Source: Eledone cirrhosa (taxonomy: Eukaryota). Taken from it: a stretch of DNA of 64,000 bases. Position 1 is the stretch's first letter; every line of letters begins with the position of its first letter. Location: positions 6,758,001 through 6,822,000 of the forward strand of contig OZ024743.1 of the NCBI GenBank assembly GCA_964016885.1, read 5' to 3'. The notes under the pieces were generated by a model. The model did no database searches. It was not told where the DNA came from and was given only the letters and a program-made list of their open reading frames with translations. Positions 57,993 through 64,000 of the stretch are shown piece by piece. Both the position numbers and the translations under genes were made by a program.

Positions 57993-58324
57993 GGGAAAAG
58001 CGGATGTAAAATGATGATGATATATATATATATATATATATATATACCATCGCTTAATGTCTATCTTCCACGCGAGCATGAGTTAGACGGGAATTGTCCT
58101 ACTTGAGGCAAGATTGATATGGTGACCGTGTCTCGCTCATATAGGACTGTATCTGGCAGGGTTTCTACGTACGGCTGGATGCTCTTCCTAACATCAACCA
58201 CATTTACAGTGTGGACTGTGAGGTTTTTACCGCGTTTCCTATACGACCTCTTTACAGCGTGGACTGTTTGTTTTTTTGTTTTGTTTTTTGGTGTGATATC
58301 TACACGACCTCTTTAGTTTGGACT

Positions 58325-58384
<60 letters not shown>

Positions 58385-58630
58385 ACTTTTGATTCCACCT
58401 TGAGTAGATGTTGTTCTCTGTAATATGTATTTAGTATATGTACAATATACTCTGTCTCCTTTGGATATATGGTTCTTTCTCTCTCTCTATATATATATAT
58501 ACACATATATCTTCTACTTTTGACTATATATATAGAGAGAGGGGGTGGGAAATGCCAACAAGGAAAACAGCACAGGTGAACAATACAATATTGATATTTA
58601 GTTTAACGTTTTGATACAGTAGGAAAAGAG

Positions 58631-59295
58631 TTGGTATTATTCTAGATAGCCACCCCACCAATTTCAGTGGGGAATAATTATTTTCTTCGGTTTTTTTTTT
58701 AGTGTGCTATCAATTTTAACTTTCCTCCTAATATAATGCAAAGGACTTTTCCCCCCCATAACGGGAGAAGGATGGGGCCCTCGATCTTTCCCCCTCCCAC
58801 CCCCAAGTTTTTTTTACCGTTTCTTTCTCCCTCGATTTTTTTTCATATGCTACCAACTAATCTAACCTCCGAACATGTTGCAAAGGACTTTTTCATGGAA
58901 AACGATGGGGGAAGAATGGTGCCCTTGGACTATTTACTCCCCTCTCCTCAGGATAAGGTTTGGATTTGGATTAAGTTTAGGGTTAGGGATAAAGAGACTC
59001 CAGGGGAGGGGGTCCGAGGGGCCCCCATTCCTCCTCCGTTTTCTGAGTGAAAAAGTCCTCTGCAGCATGTTTGGAGCTAAGACTAGTTGGCAGCACACGA
59101 AGACTTGGGGGGAAAAATAGTAAAGAAAATTCGGGCGTAGGGGTTGAAAAGTCCAAGGTGTCATCGTCCCCCTTTTTTCTGGAGAAAAAGTCATTTGCTT
59201 TATATTAGGAGGTAAGTTTAATTGATAACACATAAAAAAAAAGAAAATGATTTCCCATTGAAATCGGTGGGGGGTGCCTTTATAAATTTACCAAC
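58631..59295. mobile_element. Large imperfect fold-back (MITE-like) element with a telomere-like core
   Basis: ~300-bp diverged inverted arms around ggtttggatttggattaagtttagggttaggg. Confidence 0.75.
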
Positions 59296-59425
59296 GAGTT
59301 ATAATGTTTTAGACGTTAGTATTTCCAAATATAGGATAGATGAGAATAAGAAAACAGGGAAAAGAAAAAGATTTATTAGTGAAGAAAACGTGTGTAATTA
59401 GTCAGTCATTTTGGAAGATTGCATG

Positions 59426-59471
<46 letters not shown>

Positions 59472-60423
59472 TTAAAACACACAGACGTTATATCTATAAA
59501 TAGATACATACGGTATTGTACCAATGAGGTTTTTGAAATGAATTTAACTGCAAATATAAATTCTAATTCTGTCACCTAAGTAGCAGAAGCTGTCTACTTT
59601 TTCTACAGAGCCCTCAAAGAATTTGGTAGCGCTTGTTTCCTGCAGTCGTTTGCTGCTTACTGTTCCAGTACAACTGCTACATGTAAAGCCTACATTCTTA
59701 GCTAAACTTCCTGAGATTCCACTACATCTCTCATGTACTCACAGTTTGCACATATGGGGCAGAGGATGGAGTTTCTACCAATGCCTTTCTTACTTACTGA
59801 ACAAGACCATTTCCCTACAATTTGCATGTAGGCTGGTCTTTCTGGAAATAGGGTTGAGAGCACTGAGGGTATTACATGGGGGGGGGTTGAGAACCTCTGA
59901 CTTACATTGACAATTACGACATTGTCATATGTTACTTTTCTTTTCACAGGTCACCTTCATAATAGCTGAAGATGTTATAACCTATCCAGTCTAAAATAAT
60001 AGTTACTTTCTTTTAAAACCTTTGCTTTTCATCTGTAAATATAATTGTTTCTACATTTAGGCACAAGGCCAACAATTTGAGGAGAGAGGAAAATTGATTA
60101 AATCGACCCCAGTACATTAGTGGTGCTTTATTTTATTGACCCCGTAAGGATGAAAGGCAAAGCTTACCTCAGCAGGTTTTTTAACTCAGAACGTAAAGGG
60201 CCATAACTATGCTGCAAAACATGGTGTCTGACAAATTTTATGTTAAACAAAACTCTTCAAAAATAATACAAATGAAGAAATGATTGATATCAAAACTTTA
60301 TTTCAGATTCTAAAAGTAAAATTCTTCATTTTGAAGTTCTCCCATTAGATTATCAAACTAACTCTATATAAAATGGTAAATCTGTACAAACATTAAAAAA
60401 AACTTCGAAAACAAAATATATTT

Positions 60424-62236
60424 CTATAGTTCCTCATTTTCTTTCTGTTTAAGAACTTGCCATGTATTTTTACCCATTAATTCAGGAGGAATTGTAACAA
60501 AACCAGAACAGGGAACTTGACCAGGAACTTCACATATACACCAGCGAGAACAACCATAACCAAAATTTGCAGCGTCTACTTTTCCTTCTTGAGCTATGGT
60601 TTCTGTAGAAATGGGATTTCTGTAGAAAAAAAATAAATTAAGATTTCAATGTGGAATCCTTTTAATGAAAGGATAATGTAAATTGCCACAGTGAACATAC
60701 ATTGATATAAATATATATTAAAATTACAAAAAAAAAAAATGTTCCAATAAGTTATACACAAATATTTAGATTTATCCAACACATGTGAGTAAGGATAACT
60801 GGTGTAGCCCTATTAACCCTTTAGCATTACATTATTCTATATTTATTATTGTATTTTCACAGTAAAGGCTTTATCTTACATAATTATCTGCAACAGATTC
60901 AGGTATGGTATACTCCATTAGCATAGAGAATATTTTAGTTCTCAGGATTTATTTAATGGGGTTTGCAACCATGAACAATTTAGGCCTACATATTCAATTG
61001 GTGTCATGTTTCCTTCTTTCTTCTTTTTTTTTTTTACTTTGTTTGAAATATGATCAGATAAAGATTTAAAATGGTTCACAGCAGTGTTGTTTATGTATCT
61101 AGATTATTAGTGTTAAATAATTCTATTCAACTTTACGTGAGTATACCTTGTTTTCACTCTCAATATGTTTGTCCTAATTTTCCTTTACATGTAAAGTCAG
61201 AAACGAATTCTGCTTAATTATATAAGTGAATTTTTTCATCACTGTGTGTGTATATTTATGTCTGCATATATAACTACTATACTCCTGTTATACACAGCTC
61301 TATTCACTACTCTCATCTATCATCCATTATACAATTCACTATACTAAACTGATCAAATAACAAGAGAGGGCATCTGATTTGTCCATATGCAGTCCCTAAT
61401 CCACTACCCTTTATCTTATCACTGCCATTATCAGTAACACTTTAGCTATCTCACCATCACCCCTATACCTTGACATTAGATCTGTCCATATTCACATCAG
61501 TTTAGTTCTCTCACTCTTTTCCATGATATTCTTTATTAGCATTTACCACTCATCCAACATCAGCATTCATTTTCAATACCATCACTCTACCACTAACCAA
61601 CAATTCATGCTCTCTTCGCTACAAAACTCTTAGCTGACATCTAGCATTCTTACTTACCATCTGTTGTTATCCATCGCTGGCTCTCCCTCTCTCCTATCTT
61701 GATACATCTCTATAATTGTTTCTACTTTTGGCACAAGGCCAGCAATTATCCCAGTACATTACTGGTACTTTATTTTATCGACCCCCGTAAGGATCAAAGG
61801 CAATGTGAACCTCGGTGGGATTTGAACTCAGACTATAAAGGGGCGTAACTCTATGTTGCAAAGCATGGCGTCCGACCTTCTACTGATACTGCCAATCCCC
61901 AGTAACTTAGATACATCTCTATAATGCTACTCTATTACATTGCTCATACTATTTTCTACTCATGTCATTTTGTCACTTTTATTTTTATTTGACTAAGTGA
62001 CTTCTCTACAAAGTTGTGATACAAGATACAAAAAGATACATTCATTTAATAAAAGATAAGAAATTAGATAAAACTATACTTATTCTAATTATTAAAAATG
62101 GAGGTAAGATTAAAATGAATCTCTTAAAGAAAAAATATTAAAACTTACTTAGTTTTACAAAAGATTTTCTTAATATGTTCATGAATTTCTTCTTGTTCTT
62201 TGTTGTAAACATCCATAATAACTTTTTCACCAGAAT
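60424..62236 (-). CDS. MRPS25: Mitochondrial ribosomal protein S25, last two exons (62149-62236, 60424-60619); 5' exons lie beyond the window
   Basis: (D)SGEKVIMDVYNKEQEEIHEHIKKIFCKT joined in phase to ...AANFGYGCSRWCICEVPGQVPCSGFVTIPPELMGK...EEL-stop; matches MRPS25 motifs DSGEQVLVDV and PANFG..CICEV.GQVPC. Confidence 0.95.
61716..61900 (-). mobile_element. SINE family A with TSD gatacatctctataat (another minus copy at 60044-60232)
   Basis: Reverse-complement consensus with a 16-bp flanking duplication. Confidence 0.88.
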
Positions 62237-64000
62237 CTGTAAGAGTAAAACATTTGCGTTAAGTTAATTCTAAGATAAAACCTTTCAAAATAAGGGACTA
62301 AAATAATGTTGAGGACATGATGAAAGATTTGTTTTTTTTATAAGAGAAAGTAATAATATAAAGCTTAAATGCTTGCACAAAGTTGTACATAGAGTTGTAG
62401 CTGGTGCACATATACTGATCTTGGTAAATGAGAAGATAAAGCAATGTAAGCTAAGAGTAAAGAAAACAAATCTGAAAAATAAAATATGTTTACCATTGGT
62501 TTTATTCTTTGCAATATTTCTTGTTCAGTATTGTTGCTTTATTCCATAATTATACAAAAGACTTCACAAACATCATCAATATTAATGTTGTCTGCTTTTT
62601 CAGTCATGTATGCTTACTCCCACAATCCCTCTAATATCTTTTCCTCTTTCACTATATATATTTGGCTACTGCATTCAAATAATAATGATAATAATAATGA
62701 AAATTATTGTGTACAATGCTCAGGTACACTACAACACATCAAAGGTGCATGTATATCATCATCATCATCATTTTATGTCCGCTTTTCCCTGCTTGCAAAG
62801 GTGGGACGGGAACTGATTCTGGCTTGATTTCTACAGATGGATGCCCTTCCTAACACCAACCTCATTTACAGTGAGTGCTGGGTGCTTTTTTGCCATGGCA
62901 CCTCCACGACCACTTTGCAGTGGAATTATAGGGACCCCAGTCCCTATCATCTCATTTCTACAGCTGAGTAAACTGGAGCAATGTGAAATAAAGTGTCTTG
63001 CTCAAGGAAACAACACATCACCCGGTCTGAGAATTGAAGGGTGATGTGTATAGTACATAGTATAATGTAGAAATGTCAGGAAAGTGAACAGTGTACGAGT
63101 CATGATATATACACAGATACACCCACATATGCATATTTGTGTATACAGGGGGAATATTAGGCGTAGTGTTGGCAAATTTCAGTTAAGCATGGAAGTTTTT
63201 GAAGGATGCAGAGTCCCAACACTTCAATCATTTCCCAAAGCTTTCAGATTTCGTTATACATACCTTGAAAGTTAGATAATTATGATCATACAACATGAAT
63301 TACGTATTTAGTAGGATCAATAATCTACATGAAAGAATCACTGATCATGTGGCCAACACTCAGTTACTATGTACTATGTTTTTATGGTTGCATGCCCTTC
63401 CTAATGCCAACCACTTTAGTGTATACTGGGAGCATTTTATCGCGAGTTCAGCACTATCACCTTATAGAGTAGACTAGATGCTTTTTATCTTGGCAATCAT
63501 TATCTTCTACTAAAATACTGGCAACTGCAACATTTCCCAAGTAATAGAATTTAGCAATTTTAACCCTTCAGCATTTAAACTGGCCATATCCAGTCAGAAT
63601 TATCTTACCTCCTTTTGTTCAAACTGGCTGTAACCGGCCACTCATAAGGTATTGTTCTCGAAATAAATATCACAATCTCATAGATTCGATATGTGAGATA
63701 ATTATGTAAGATAAAGCCTTTACCGCGAAAATACAAAAGTAAATATAGAATAATGTAAATGCCAAAGGATTAAACTATCAAAACATTTCATACTCTTTAT
63801 TAATATATTTGGTTTGCTAAATAGATTACTTGCTATCAGCAGAACTCAGGTCCACTATACTTTCACCTGTTGTACTAACCTCATAGTATTGAGTTCCAGC
63901 ATACATATTTCTTACATAGTTCTTTTCACATTATGTTTTGGGGCTTAGGTTACTAACTAAAACCTGAATCTTGACCACATTTACTTGCATGTATACTGGC

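Noticed and set aside
62486-62640. Upstream MRPS25 exon
   Set aside because: No frame resembles FVFFNIPQIQYKNP and the minus frame has a stop; the 5' exons must lie beyond 64000.

Overview
AT-rich, repeat-dense animal genomic DNA, most likely from an octopod cephalopod (inferred from the luqin precursor sequence and the SINE/RTE/microsatellite landscape). Three spliced host genes were reconstructed by hand. (1) A luqin neuropeptide precursor (+; coding exons 6579-6735, 10844-10958 and probably 24176-24188; mature APKWRPQGRF-amide). (2) Ku80/XRCC5 (-; 18 recognisable coding exons from ATG 54430 to TGA 26074), with a U12-type minor intron and an apparently missing C-terminal helical domain. (3) The last two exons of mitochondrial ribosomal protein S25 (-; 62149-62236, 60424-60619). 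The rest is mobile or repetitive DNA: two tRNA-derived SINE families, RTE and CR1-type LINE fragments, a Penelope-like GIY-YIG fragment, a non-autonomous Helitron, hAT/mariner/piggyBac-type MITEs, several long fold-back palindromes, a 38-bp minisatellite and a ~4.8 kb (TA)n-derived tract containing a 200-N gap. Nearly all long ORFs in the ORF track are microsatellite artefacts. I found no evidence for a wholly new multi-gene system; the best leads are the truncated-looking Ku80, its U12 intron, the SINE target preference and the palindromic elements. Comparisons to human proteins and exon sizes are from memory, not from a search.
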